A stretch of DNA of 64,000 nt, from assembly GCF_028288465.1 (NCBI RefSeq), contig NZ_JAQBNR010000046.1, forward strand, positions 93,219-157,218. Direction: 5' to 3'. The first letter of the stretch is position 1. Each line of letters opens with the position of its first letter. Below are positions 1 to 10,340 of this stretch, piece by piece. The notes under the pieces were generated by a model. It was not told the origin of the DNA, did no database searches, and was given only the letters and a program-made list of their open reading frames with translations. The DNA comes from Ferruginibacter sp. (GTDB lineage: Bacteria > Bacteroidota > Bacteroidia > Chitinophagales > Chitinophagaceae). The position numbers and the translations under genes were made by a program.

Positions 1-19
1 AAGTGAGAATTTTTTTCAT
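1..19 (-). CDS. 5' end of a CDS running off the left edge of the window (MKKILT...), next gene of the SusC/SusD operon
   Basis: CAT at 17-19; the minus strand reads ATG AAA AAA ATT CTC ACT, a signal-peptide-like start, downstream of and co-oriented with 188..889. Confidence 0.5.
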
Positions 20-187
20 TGATGGCTTCAGTTAAATAATTAAATGCAAATAACCCGCGGGCAGTTTTAGGTTCGTAAATATATAACAAAAGCCAAACAG
101 CCTGCGCTGAAATGGCTTCTGTTATGATAACTTTCCGATTATAAAAGGTTCTTCACCCGGTTTATTCTTTTTTCAATAGACAACAAA

Positions 188-889
188 CTAGTAAGTGATT
201 TTTTCTACCGGCGAAAAAATCCTGTCTTCCACACCTGCTATTTTAAGACCGATACGGGCAAAAACATAGGTTTGTGCAGGAGAAATTGCGGGAACTGAAA
301 CACTTAAATTTACGTTGTTCAAATCGGTAATATCACCTCCGCTTAAATTAGCGGATGCCACATTATCAACCCCTGAAACAAATTCGGTCTTGTTGATAAA
401 AAGCGTCACACTTTCAATATCCTTCGCGTTTACATCATTGATTATTTTTTCAATTTTAAAGGTTGTATTTACCTTGCCTCCACCGCCTGTTAGCTGGGGA
501 GTTCTGATCATATAATAAGGCATTACTTCTATGTCCAGTGCCTTACTTCCAGCCAATGTAACAGCTATTGAATCCGGCACGCCGGGTGACAGCTCTTTAG
601 AAATAAATGGCCCTTGTCCTACGGGAATAATCATTTTATAATCGCCGTCATATAATACGGCAGAATAAGTACCTTCCTGGGAAAACGTACTGTTGATGGC
701 ACCTACCTTTCCAAAACCGTACTGGTAAATTTGAAAGGGCACCTGGTTTCTTTCCACCTGGATGGCTTCTCCGTTGTACACAATTTTGCCGGTTAAAGTA
801 GAAGAAGGAGCGGTGTAGTTATCCTTTTTACAGGCACCGATTGAAGCAACCACAAGGCCTGCCAAAATGAATTGAAATATATTTTTCAT
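188..889 (-). CDS. DUF3823-type SusE-like lipoprotein
   Basis: Lipobox IGAC-KKDN; LTGKIVYNGEAI and YDGDYK motifs; immediately downstream of the SusD gene. Confidence 0.8.
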   Translation of the reverse strand: MKNIFQFILAGLVVASIGACKKDNYTAPSSTLTGKIVYNGEAIQVERNQVPFQIYQYGFGKVGAINSTFSQEGTYSAVLYDGDYKMIIPVGQGPFISKELSPGVPDSIAVTLAGSKALDIEVMPYYMIRTPQLTGGGGKVNTTFKIEKIINDVNAKDIESVTLFINKTEFVSGVDNVASANLSGGDITDLNNVNLSVSVPAISPAQTYVFARIGLKIAGVEDRIFSPVEKITY

Positions 890-910
890 TATTAAAAATT
901 TAATAAATAA

Positions 911-2836
911 TTATTGGTTGGGTTGTTTCACAATTTGCGGATTGGCCGCTCTTACATCATCTCCGATAAAGGTGTAATAGTTACCGAATAAAAAGCGGTT
1001 GGCACCTGTTACAACTGCCGGTAATGTTTCTTTGAATAACCATTTATTATTATCAGGGCTGCCCGGAAAATAAGTTTTGTATGGCCATAAACCCCACGGC
1101 TGAGTGCTGTGCCTGCTGGCCACGCCGATATTGCTTTTTAAATCACTCAACGTGGTAGGTACACCGTCCCATACTTTATCAGCAATGCGCCAGCGTTTCA
1201 TATCATATAAAATATGCCCTTCAAAACAAAGCTCTACTCTGCGCTCGTGCACAATTCTATTGAAATTAATATCGCCGGCTGTTAAAGGAACTGTAAGACC
1301 AGCCCTTGAGCGCACCTGGTTTAAATAAAGTGCAGCAGTAATATTATCACCTGTTTCAAAAGCAGCTTCAGCAGCATTCAGCAAAACTTCGGCATAACGG
1401 TAACGGATAAACGCTACAGTACTGCCTTGCCCCCTGCGGCCTGAGCCCACAGTTGGGTCCAGGTATTTGCGGATGTAAAAACCAGTTTGTGTTCTAAACT
1501 CCAGTCCGTTTACAGGGCCGTCTTTACCAACCACCTGTACCGGTGTTCCGCCGGTTGTTAGCGGTTTTAAATGGCCTGCTTCATCACTGGTAATTACGCT
1601 TCCGTCAGCGAGCTCGTAACCTGCCCATATATCCACTGCACGTCCTTTAAACAAACTGCCTGGCAACAAAATAGTTCCTGCAAGCCTCGCATCCCTGTCA
1701 GCAAATATGTCCTGGATATTGGAGTAATAAATCGGATTGCCCGAGCCATCTTTTGTAGCAAACGGAGCATAGGTATTATCCGTTTTTTCGAAAGCTTCTG
1801 CAAGGTTGAGTGAAGGATCTAGCCGGCCTGCATCGCCGCCTTCGTCTGATATGGAGTACGGCTGATCGTTGGTGGTAAAACCATGTGTTTTGGCACCGGT
1901 TTTAAAATCTTCAAAGAAGATGGTTTCCGGGCTGGTTTTGTCTAAGAACAGATTGGCATAGTTATCTGCCAGGGCTGTTGCATTAGCGCCGGTTGGCGCG
2001 GTGTACAACTTATATGCACCTGCGCTGCCATTAATAATTTCACTGGTAGCCCTTAACACAATCGCATAATAGTCGTTTGATTTGGCGGCTGAAATTCCCA
2101 CTTCTCCACCGGGCGTAGCTATGGACGGTGTGTTGGCACCATATTTTGCTATAGAACCTGCATACAAGGCGGCCCTCGCTTCCATTGCCAAAGCTGCTCC
2201 TTTACTTGCTCTTGATTTTTCATTTACATCTGCCGGCAAATCACCTTTAATGGCTTCCGCTTCGCTGATGATAAAATCATATAGTTGCGCTTCTTTCGAT
2301 CTTGGTATTTGCAGGTAAGTGGCATCACCATTGTAATCATAAGAAAGCGGCTGCAGGCTTAATGGTACGCCGCCGTAACGTTTGGCTAATTCGAAATAAA
2401 AATTAGCCCGCAGGAACCTGGCTTCAGCACTAAATCTTTTTTTATCGCCATCAGAAAGCGCTGTAGAGGCACTGTCTCTTTGTAAAAACAAATTCAGGTC
2501 GCGGATATAGTTGTAACTGTCAAACCAGTTAACACCCCAGTTATCATAGTTCCAGCCGGTTCTTTGTACAAGATCACGGGCGAAACTGCTGTTCTCTGAC
2601 GGAAAACTTTCACTGAAATCTGTAAAACTTCCCCATCCGTTATCAAGGCCGCTAAAATCAAGTTGCCGGTTGTATAAGTCGCCCAGCACGGAAAGTACCA
2701 AAGCGGGATCGCTGAAAACCTGGTCGTTTGTGAGAAATGTATTCGGCTGTACATCCAGGAAAGCACTGTCTTTTTTGCAACCGGCTGCGCTGAATAGCAG
2801 CACTGCTATTGTTGAGATTAAAATAATTTTTTTCAT
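911..2836 (-). CDS. RagB/SusD family glycan-binding lipoprotein
   Basis: Lipobox AAGC; SusD motifs EARFLRANFYFELAKRYGGVP, RYAEVLLNAAEA, ERRVELCFEG..YDMKRW. Confidence 0.95.
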   Translation of the reverse strand: MKKIILISTIAVLLFSAAGCKKDSAFLDVQPNTFLTNDQVFSDPALVLSVLGDLYNRQLDFSGLDNGWGSFTDFSESFPSENSSFARDLVQRTGWNYDNWGVNWFDSYNYIRDLNLFLQRDSASTALSDGDKKRFSAEARFLRANFYFELAKRYGGVPLSLQPLSYDYNGDATYLQIPRSKEAQLYDFIISEAEAIKGDLPADVNEKSRASKGAALAMEARAALYAGSIAKYGANTPSIATPGGEVGISAAKSNDYYAIVLRATSEIINGSAGAYKLYTAPTGANATALADNYANLFLDKTSPETIFFEDFKTGAKTHGFTTNDQPYSISDEGGDAGRLDPSLNLAEAFEKTDNTYAPFATKDGSGNPIYYSNIQDIFADRDARLAGTILLPGSLFKGRAVDIWAGYELADGSVITSDEAGHLKPLTTGGTPVQVVGKDGPVNGLEFRTQTGFYIRKYLDPTVGSGRRGQGSTVAFIRYRYAEVLLNAAEAAFETGDNITAALYLNQVRSRAGLTVPLTAGDINFNRIVHERRVELCFEGHILYDMKRWRIADKVWDGVPTTLSDLKSNIGVASRHSTQPWGLWPYKTYFPGSPDNNKWLFKETLPAVVTGANRFLFGNYYTFIGDDVRAANPQIVKQPNQ

Positions 2837-2861
2837 TGAAAATATTTTTATTCAGAATTGA

Positions 2862-5800
2862 TTATAAAGAAAGATTGATACCTACATTAATAACCCTGTT
2901 TTGTGGAAACTGCAATCCATTGTCATCGATGGTTTCAGGATCAACTCCGTACTGTGAAAGATTATCAATTGAGAACAGGTTATACGCATTCAGGTAAAAC
3001 CTGGTTTTTTGAATTTTAGCTCTTTTTAAAATACTCGACGGCAAAGTGTACCCTACTTCAATCGTTCTTGCCCTGATGTAAGAAACGTTGTGCAACCAGA
3101 ATGTTGACTGTACATTGTAATCAGAATGAGAGGTGCCGGGATTGTACCTGTTTGCAGGATACTTACCTGGAATCCAGGCGCTGTTAACATCATAGATATC
3201 TGCTCTGTGCCACCTGTCTTCAAAAATTGCATTCAGGTTTCCGTTGTTCTGAAAAGCCCATCTTTGTTCCCAGTTCTGGTACCAGGTAAAGCCTGAAGCA
3301 CCTGAAAAATCAGCATGAAAATCGAAGTTTTTATAATAGGCTGCAATGTTAAATCCAAAGTTGATGTTGGGTTGTGTACCGTAACCATAGCCAATCGGGC
3401 GCTGGTCTAAGCCATTAATCTTACCATCTCCGTTTACATCCTGGTAAATTAAATCTCCCGGCAATAAGGTTTTATTGCCCTGTCCGTCGATATCCACTTT
3501 ATAAGCATTGATTTGTTCAACGGATGTAAACTGACCGATGCAATTATACCCCCATCCAAGATTTGTATACCGGCCTTCGCTTGAATTACGGTATTGATCA
3601 AGTGAGTTAAAGAATAAAGGATTATAAGATTGCAGGAATTTAGAGCGGGTATAAGAAACGTTTCCGCCAACAGTAAAGTTAACTTTACCAATGGTGCTGT
3701 TATAAGCCAACGAAAATTCTTCACCGAATTGCGCATCCGAATTAATGTTTTGCTGAGCCAGATTATACCCCAGTTCAATGGGTACAATTACATCATTTTT
3801 GGTACCCAGCAAGCCGGTACGTTTTCTGTAAAACCAGTCAAACGAGCCATTGATTTTTCCGTTCAGTAAACCGAAGTCCATACCTACATCGGTAATCTTA
3901 CTTCTTAACCAGGATATACTGGTAACAGGTGTTCCTTTATCTCTTGAAGCAGGAACCGTGTTGCCATCCAATACGGCTGAACCCACAGTGCCATAATTAT
4001 AACCAGCCAGGTAAGCGAACGGCGCAACGATGGGATTGTTATTGGGATTGTCATCACCCAGTACACCATAAGAGCCCCTGAATTTTAAATTGCTGATAAT
4101 TTTTGTTTCATCTTTTAATAATTTTTTAAAGAAAGGTTCCTCGCTGATTCTCCATCCCGCGGATACGCCGGGGAAGTAACCTACCCTGTATTGCGGGGCG
4201 AACAAATAAGATGCATCACGTCTTGCAGAACCCTCTACAAAATAGCGGTTCTTATAATTATAGTTGATACGGCCGATATAGCCAATCCTTGCCTGGGTTC
4301 TGTCCTCATCCTGGTATTGATCAATAATAGGATAACTTACCAGCGGCAGGAAGTTGGACTGCGGTGAAGCATGTATCCAGTTTCTTACAAAATGATTATT
4401 GATTCTCTCAGCAACTGCAGTTACACCAATGGTATGGTCGCCGAATTTTTTGTTGTAGTTCGCCTGCAACTGCATGTTGGTGTTGATTTGTTTAATCTGC
4501 TCCCTGTCACGCCATGGATTGGTACTTCCGCCGGTTGCTTTGTAGCTGCTGTCTGATGGGTTATACGTATAAGCTTTGTATGTATACTCCTGGTTGTTTT
4601 CCAGTTCATCGGCCATGTAATAAGAACCCAACGCTCTTACAGACAAGCCTTTTACCCATGGAAGATCCCAGTCGATATGAAAGTTGGTTTGCAATACACG
4701 CCAGTCTTTTCTGAATTTACCTGACAAATTGTTATTAAGGAACGCATAGTTAGATTCCAAATGCGGCCCCATATCATTTAAATAAAGCGGGTTGTCATTG
4801 GCATAAGGTCTTTCCATCGGCGTGTTTCTCAGTACGGCCAGCCTTGCTAAAAAGTAATCATCACCACCCGGCACACCCGGGTTTTTGTATGTTTCTACGC
4901 GGCCATTGATATCAAAACCAACCTTTAAACCGTTGGCTAATTTTGCCGTAACATTAGATTGTATGTTGGTACGGTTGAAGTTGTATTCTTTACCTAAAAC
5001 TGAATTTTGAAACAGGTTGGTACCAGATACATAGTAGCTCACTTTATCTGAACCGCCGCTGATGTTTACGTTCACAGAATTTTGTGGTGCACCATTGTTG
5101 TTCAGTACAAATTTTCTCCAGTCAAAACTTCTGTATTGCGGATCTGTACCGGCTTTCGCTGCATCCAGTATAGCCTGGGTAGTAGTAGTGCTGCCATAAG
5201 AATTCATTTCAGCGTCTGCCTTGTAATATAAATAATCAGCTGTATTATTAACTACTTTAGGAAAACGGAAAAAACTTTGGTAACCACTGTAAGCGTCTAC
5301 ATTGATGCTGTTTTTACCTACCGTTCCTTTTTTGGTTGTAACCACCACTACTCCATTTGCGGCACGTACACCATAAATAGCTGCAGAGGCGTCTTTTAAG
5401 ATGGTAATACTTTCCACATCATTTGGGGCCAACTGGTTAAACTGGCCTTCATCCTGCTGAATACCGTCAATTACATACAGGGGTGTACCCATATTACGTA
5501 TCTGGATAGAAGCAGATGCACCGGGACGACCTTCTGCCTGGCGAAAAGTTACACCCGGCAATTTACCAGCGAGTGTGGTACTTACAGTAGCACCGCCATG
5601 TACCCGGTCGATATCTTTAGCTGTAACCGATGAAATAGCACCCGTTAAAGATTCCTTTTTCTTGCTGCCATAGCCAACTACAACAACCTCATCCATATCG
5701 TTTTTAACCTGCGCCATAGCAATGGTAAAATCTGTTTGGTTTTTCACAGTTATCTGTTGTACGGCATAGCCAACTGAAGAAACGACCAACACTGAATTTT

Positions 5801-6068
5801 GCCCGGCCACTTTTAGGGTAAACCTTCCATCTGCACCGGATGATGTAGCATTTCTTGTACCTTTTTCAGTAACGGTAGCGTTTGCCAACGCATTGCCAAT
5901 GCTGTCTTTAACAACACCCGATACAGTAATTTTTGCTGTTTGCTGTGCGAATACCGGTATCGAAAAAGAAAGAAAAAAAAGCGAAACCAGAAGCAGTTTG
6001 ATTTTTTGCCGAAGGCGTTTGGGTGCGCAGGCAATTACTGGCGTAATACGCTGAGTAATACATTTCAT
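2862..6068 (-). CDS. SusC/RagA family TonB-dependent transporter
   Basis: Carboxypeptidase-regulatory-like N-terminus, plug PLYVIDGI, SITILKDASAAIYGVRAANGVVVVTTKKG, C-terminal FPQNRVINVGINLSL. Confidence 0.97.
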   Translation of the reverse strand: MKCITQRITPVIACAPKRLRQKIKLLLVSLFFLSFSIPVFAQQTAKITVSGVVKDSIGNALANATVTEKGTRNATSSGADGRFTLKVAGQNSVLVVSSVGYAVQQITVKNQTDFTIAMAQVKNDMDEVVVVGYGSKKKESLTGAISSVTAKDIDRVHGGATVSTTLAGKLPGVTFRQAEGRPGASASIQIRNMGTPLYVIDGIQQDEGQFNQLAPNDVESITILKDASAAIYGVRAANGVVVVTTKKGTVGKNSINVDAYSGYQSFFRFPKVVNNTADYLYYKADAEMNSYGSTTTTQAILDAAKAGTDPQYRSFDWRKFVLNNNGAPQNSVNVNISGGSDKVSYYVSGTNLFQNSVLGKEYNFNRTNIQSNVTAKLANGLKVGFDINGRVETYKNPGVPGGDDYFLARLAVLRNTPMERPYANDNPLYLNDMGPHLESNYAFLNNNLSGKFRKDWRVLQTNFHIDWDLPWVKGLSVRALGSYYMADELENNQEYTYKAYTYNPSDSSYKATGGSTNPWRDREQIKQINTNMQLQANYNKKFGDHTIGVTAVAERINNHFVRNWIHASPQSNFLPLVSYPIIDQYQDEDRTQARIGYIGRINYNYKNRYFVEGSARRDASYLFAPQYRVGYFPGVSAGWRISEEPFFKKLLKDETKIISNLKFRGSYGVLGDDNPNNNPIVAPFAYLAGYNYGTVGSAVLDGNTVPASRDKGTPVTSISWLRSKITDVGMDFGLLNGKINGSFDWFYRKRTGLLGTKNDVIVPIELGYNLAQQNINSDAQFGEEFSLAYNSTIGKVNFTVGGNVSYTRSKFLQSYNPLFFNSLDQYRNSSEGRYTNLGWGYNCIGQFTSVEQINAYKVDIDGQGNKTLLPGDLIYQDVNGDGKINGLDQRPIGYGYGTQPNINFGFNIAAYYKNFDFHADFSGASGFTWYQNWEQRWAFQNNGNLNAIFEDRWHRADIYDVNSAWIPGKYPANRYNPGTSHSDYNVQSTFWLHNVSYIRARTIEVGYTLPSSILKRAKIQKTRFYLNAYNLFSIDNLSQYGVDPETIDDNGLQFPQNRVINVGINLSL

Positions 6069-6310
6069 GTAGCAAGTAATTTTGATGATTTAATAATGAT
6101 TGTAATCGTTTACATAATTTAATTCGGTTGTTACACTACCTTTAAATCATGGAACAAAATAAAATCTTATTTATCCGGGCGTCCATTCCTTGCGTACCAT
6201 AATTTTCTCAAATTGTATCATTTTAACTTTGCCACCCCATGCACTTTATTTATTTGATAAAAAATAAACAGCCGGCGTAATTCAAATTTTTCATCAACTT
6301 CGCAAACGGT

Positions 6311-9300
6311 TTGAAACATAAAAAACATATCACGCAATTAGTACAGATTTTCCTCTTCCTGGTTTTAAGCACGGTTAAAACAACCGCACAATCTTATTTT
6401 TTCAGGCACTACCAGGTTGAAAATGGTCTTTCCAACAGTACCGTGTTTTGCAGTGCGCAGGACAAATACGGCTTTTTATGGTTTGGTACCAAAGATGGCC
6501 TCAACCGCTTTGATGGCTACCATTTTAAACATTATGAAATGGCCAAAGAAGGGCATGTGATGATGCCGGACATGATTGGTTGCATGTTGGTGGATAATGA
6601 CAACAGACTTTGGATTGGGAGCCAGAAAGGATTGTTTTATTTCGACCGCGAAAAAGAAAAACTGGTTCGCTTTATCGACTCGCTGGTTTGGATTAACAGT
6701 ATGCACATGGATAAAGATGGGCAGCTGTGGTTTATATCTGCTGTAATGTTGTGCCGCTATAATTTTAAAACCAACACACTAACCAAATTTCCGCAGGCTA
6801 ATTATTTTGCCGCTACTTCCATTTGCAGCTCTGACAATGGAGACGTTTGGGTATCCACAGATAACGGGCTTTTGCAACGGTTTGATGCTGCCACCGGTCG
6901 ATTCAAACCGTTTAATTTGTTCGCCCATTCCCCACCCGCTGTATCTACCTGGATACAAAAACTGCATACCGGTGAAGGCAATTCAATTTACGCAGGCACA
7001 TCTGCGCAGGGTTTAAAACAGTTTGATGTTGCTACCGGCACGTACAAAGACCTGCTGACTTACAATCCCGATAAAACAACCATCTACATACGTGATATTG
7101 CCCGCAATGCTGTCAATGAATTTTGGTTTGCAACCGAGTCCGGCATTTTTATCTTAAATACGAGCACCGGAGAATTTGTAAATCTTAAAAAGAATTTTAC
7201 CGACCCCTATTCGCTTTCGGATAATGCAGTGTATTCTTTGTGTAAAGACAATGAGGGCGGCATGTGGGCTGGCACTTATTTTGGCGGAGTAAATTATTAT
7301 TCCAGGCAATATGCCGTGTTTCAAAAATATTTTCCGGATAATTCGGCTGGCGCAATCAGCGGCAATGCGGTACGTGAAATTACCGGTGACCACCAGGGCA
7401 ATATCTGGATAGGTACGGAGGATGCAGGCCTTAATAAATTAAATCCTAAAACCGGTGCTATTACCCAATTTAAACCAGCCGGCGAGAAAGGGGATATTGC
7501 TTATCCCAACGTGCATGGTTTGCTGCTTTCCGGCAACGATTTATGGATCGGCACGTTCGATCACGGCCTTGATATATTGGATGTAAGAACGGGTAAAGTA
7601 AAAAAGCATTACAATTCGGGGCCGGGTAAATATGACCTTAAAAACAATTTCGTTGTAAGCTTATTGCAAACTCATGATAGCGTAATATATGCCGGTACTG
7701 CCGGATCGCTGTACAGGTTTAACCCGGCGGTAAAAGGTTTCGACCTGGTAACAGAAATTGATCCGAATATTTTTGTAGCTGCGTTACTGGAAGATCATGA
7801 GAAAACAATCTGGGCGGGGTCTCATGGAAATGGTATTCTTTTCTTTAACCCTGTCACTAAAAAGAAAGGCTATTTTCACAATGAACCCGATAATCCAAAC
7901 AGCTTACCCAATAATATTATCAATGCCATTTTTGAAGACAGCCATCAAAGTTTATGGCTTGCCACTGAAGGCGGCGGTTTGGTTAAACTGGATAAGGACC
8001 GCCACAAATTTTCTTTCTTCACAACAAAAAATGGCCTGCCAAGTAATTTTATTTATAAGATACTGGAAGATGATAAACAGCATTTATGGGTGACCACTTC
8101 CCGGGGGTTGGTAAATTTTAACACAGAAACAAACGTTGCTGCAGTTTATACAAAAGACAATGGTTTATTAAATGATCAGTTCAATTATAATTCCGGTTAC
8201 AAAGATTCTACCGGCAAAATGTATTTCGGAAGTGTAAAAGGCATGATTGCTTTCCGTCCGGATGACTTGCTAAAAACTACACTTGATGCCCCGGTTTTCA
8301 TCACCGGTTTCCAGGTACAAAATAAAGAAGTGGAAATTAACCAGGACAGCTCCTACCTGAAAAAATCAATCCTTTATACCGACAATATTACACTACCCTA
8401 TGACCGGTCATCATTTAGTATTGACTTTGCCGCACTAAGTTATATATCACCCGAAATGACAGGCTACAGTTATTTAATGAGAGGCCTTGATAAAGAATGG
8501 ACCGAATTAAAACAAAACAGGAAAATATATTTTACCAACCTGGTACCGGGAAAATATGTTTTTAAAATAAGGGCGGGCAACAATGGTAACTGGGGAACAG
8601 AAAAACAATTGGTTATTGTAATTGCACACCCCTGGTGGGCTACCGTTTGGGCCTATAGCTTGTATGCACTGTTTATAATTGCCCTTTCATGGTACCTTTT
8701 AAGAACCTATCATATTATTGTAGAAGATAAAAAGGAAAAGGAAATTTATGAAGCCAAGATTGATTTTTTTACCAATGTAGCGCATGAAATACGAACACCG
8801 TTGACTTTAATAAAAGGGCCTGTTGAAAATTTACTGGAGCAGGTAGATGAGCTGCCACAGATTAAAGAAGACGTGGTAACGATGGAAAGAAATACTAATC
8901 GCCTTATTGCACTGATTACGCAAATACTGGATTTCAGGAAGGCAGAGGCAAAAGGCTTCAGCATGGATTTTGTGAAAGTAAATGTGAGTGCACTGCTCAG
9001 GGAATCATTTGAAAATTTTGCCCCGCTTGCAAAAAAAAGAAAGCTGGAATACACAATAGAATACCCGGATAACGACATGATCATTTTTGCTGATGAAGAA
9101 GCTTTGACAAAAATTTTCAGCAATCTTTTCAATAACGCGTTGAAGTATGCCAACAAAAAAATTGCCATCCGCCTGTTGCCAGCCAACGAAAGTACAGTAA
9201 GTTGTGTGATTGAATTTGAGAACGACGGCCTAAAGATACCTGCTGAAATGCGTGAAAAAATATTTGAACCTTTTTACCGGCTGAAGGATTCTTTAAAACA

Positions 9301-9481
9301 ACAGGGCACCGGTATTGGCCTGGCTCTTGCAAGGTCGTTAACGCTGTTACACAATGGCAGTTTATACCTGAAAGACACAGCTGACAACCTGAATGTATTT
9401 GTATTTTGTTTGCCGTTGCAACATGAAGAAAATATACACCGCAAAAAGAACATCAATCAACCACTGCTAAAACTAAAATAA
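6311..9481 (+). CDS. Beta-propeller/Y_Y_Y sensor histidine kinase (sensor half of a split hybrid two-component system)
   Basis: Reg_prop repeats (GLSNSTVFC..QDKYGFLWFGTKDGLNRFDG), Y_Y_Y (YFTNLVPGKYVFKIRA), TM helix, HisKA FFTNVAHEIRTPLTLI, HATPase GTGIGLAL; TTG start. Confidence 0.92.
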   Translation: MKHKKHITQLVQIFLFLVLSTVKTTAQSYFFRHYQVENGLSNSTVFCSAQDKYGFLWFGTKDGLNRFDGYHFKHYEMAKEGHVMMPDMIGCMLVDNDNRLWIGSQKGLFYFDREKEKLVRFIDSLVWINSMHMDKDGQLWFISAVMLCRYNFKTNTLTKFPQANYFAATSICSSDNGDVWVSTDNGLLQRFDAATGRFKPFNLFAHSPPAVSTWIQKLHTGEGNSIYAGTSAQGLKQFDVATGTYKDLLTYNPDKTTIYIRDIARNAVNEFWFATESGIFILNTSTGEFVNLKKNFTDPYSLSDNAVYSLCKDNEGGMWAGTYFGGVNYYSRQYAVFQKYFPDNSAGAISGNAVREITGDHQGNIWIGTEDAGLNKLNPKTGAITQFKPAGEKGDIAYPNVHGLLLSGNDLWIGTFDHGLDILDVRTGKVKKHYNSGPGKYDLKNNFVVSLLQTHDSVIYAGTAGSLYRFNPAVKGFDLVTEIDPNIFVAALLEDHEKTIWAGSHGNGILFFNPVTKKKGYFHNEPDNPNSLPNNIINAIFEDSHQSLWLATEGGGLVKLDKDRHKFSFFTTKNGLPSNFIYKILEDDKQHLWVTTSRGLVNFNTETNVAAVYTKDNGLLNDQFNYNSGYKDSTGKMYFGSVKGMIAFRPDDLLKTTLDAPVFITGFQVQNKEVEINQDSSYLKKSILYTDNITLPYDRSSFSIDFAALSYISPEMTGYSYLMRGLDKEWTELKQNRKIYFTNLVPGKYVFKIRAGNNGNWGTEKQLVIVIAHPWWATVWAYSLYALFIIALSWYLLRTYHIIVEDKKEKEIYEAKIDFFTNVAHEIRTPLTLIKGPVENLLEQVDELPQIKEDVVTMERNTNRLIALITQILDFRKAEAKGFSMDFVKVNVSALLRESFENFAPLAKKRKLEYTIEYPDNDMIIFADEEALTKIFSNLFNNALKYANKKIAIRLLPANESTVSCVIEFENDGLKIPAEMREKIFEPFYRLKDSLKQQGTGIGLALARSLTLLHNGSLYLKDTADNLNVFVFCLPLQHEENIHRKKNINQPLLKLK

Positions 9482-10275
9482 TGAATAACGATCTGCTGCC
9501 ACTTATTTTAATTGTAGATGACAATGAAGAAATACTGGAATTTCTGGAGAGAATATTGTCAAATAAATATGCCATATTAAAGGCGCTTGATGGAAAAGAA
9601 GCCATTCAAATATTGGAGACTGAAGCTGTGCAACTGGTGATCAGTGATGTGATGATGCCGGTGATGGATGGGTTTGAATTGTGCAAAGCCATTAAATCCA
9701 ATTTTGAATATTCACACATACCAGTGATATTGCTTACGGCTAAAAATACCATCCAGTCGAAAGTAGAAGGACTGGAACTGGGCGCAGATGCTTACATAGA
9801 AAAACCTTTTTCCAAAGAGCATCTGCAGGCACAGATCGCCAGTTTGCTGGCCAACCGGAATATGATCCGGGATTACTTTGCGAGCTCTCCCCTGGTGCAC
9901 ATCAAAAGCATGGCGCACTCAAAAGCAGATGAACATTTTTTAGAGATTTTAAATGACACCATCTGCGCCAACATAGAAGATACGGATCTTGATGTAGAAA
10001 AGCTTGCCAAAATAATGAACATGAGCCGTATCACTTTGTACAGGAAGATAAAAGCCATTTCTGTATTAACTCCGATTGAACTTATCAATATTACGAGGCT
10101 TAAAAAAGCAGCTGAGTTACTGGCCGAAGGGGATCATAAAATTTATGAAATTTCGTACATGGTAGGGTTTAGTTCGCAAAGCAATTTTGCAAGAAATTTT
10201 CAAAAGCAATTTAATATAACGCCTACGGAGTATATGCATTCCAAGCAGTTGGATAAGAAGAAGAATTTTTATTAA
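9481..10275 (+). CDS. Response regulator with receiver and AraC HTH domains
   Basis: LIVDDNEE, LVISDVMMPVMDG, LLTAK, C-terminal AraC HTH (VGFSSQSNFARNFQKQF); TAATG overlap with the kinase stop. Confidence 0.95.
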   Translation: MNNDLLPLILIVDDNEEILEFLERILSNKYAILKALDGKEAIQILETEAVQLVISDVMMPVMDGFELCKAIKSNFEYSHIPVILLTAKNTIQSKVEGLELGADAYIEKPFSKEHLQAQIASLLANRNMIRDYFASSPLVHIKSMAHSKADEHFLEILNDTICANIEDTDLDVEKLAKIMNMSRITLYRKIKAISVLTPIELINITRLKKAAELLAEGDHKIYEISYMVGFSSQSNFARNFQKQFNITPTEYMHSKQLDKKKNFY

Positions 10276-10340
10276 ATTTAGTTTGTTGTACGCAATTAAG
10301 TTCTACCCGTTCTTATTTAGAACTCCGCTGCAATTCTAAT

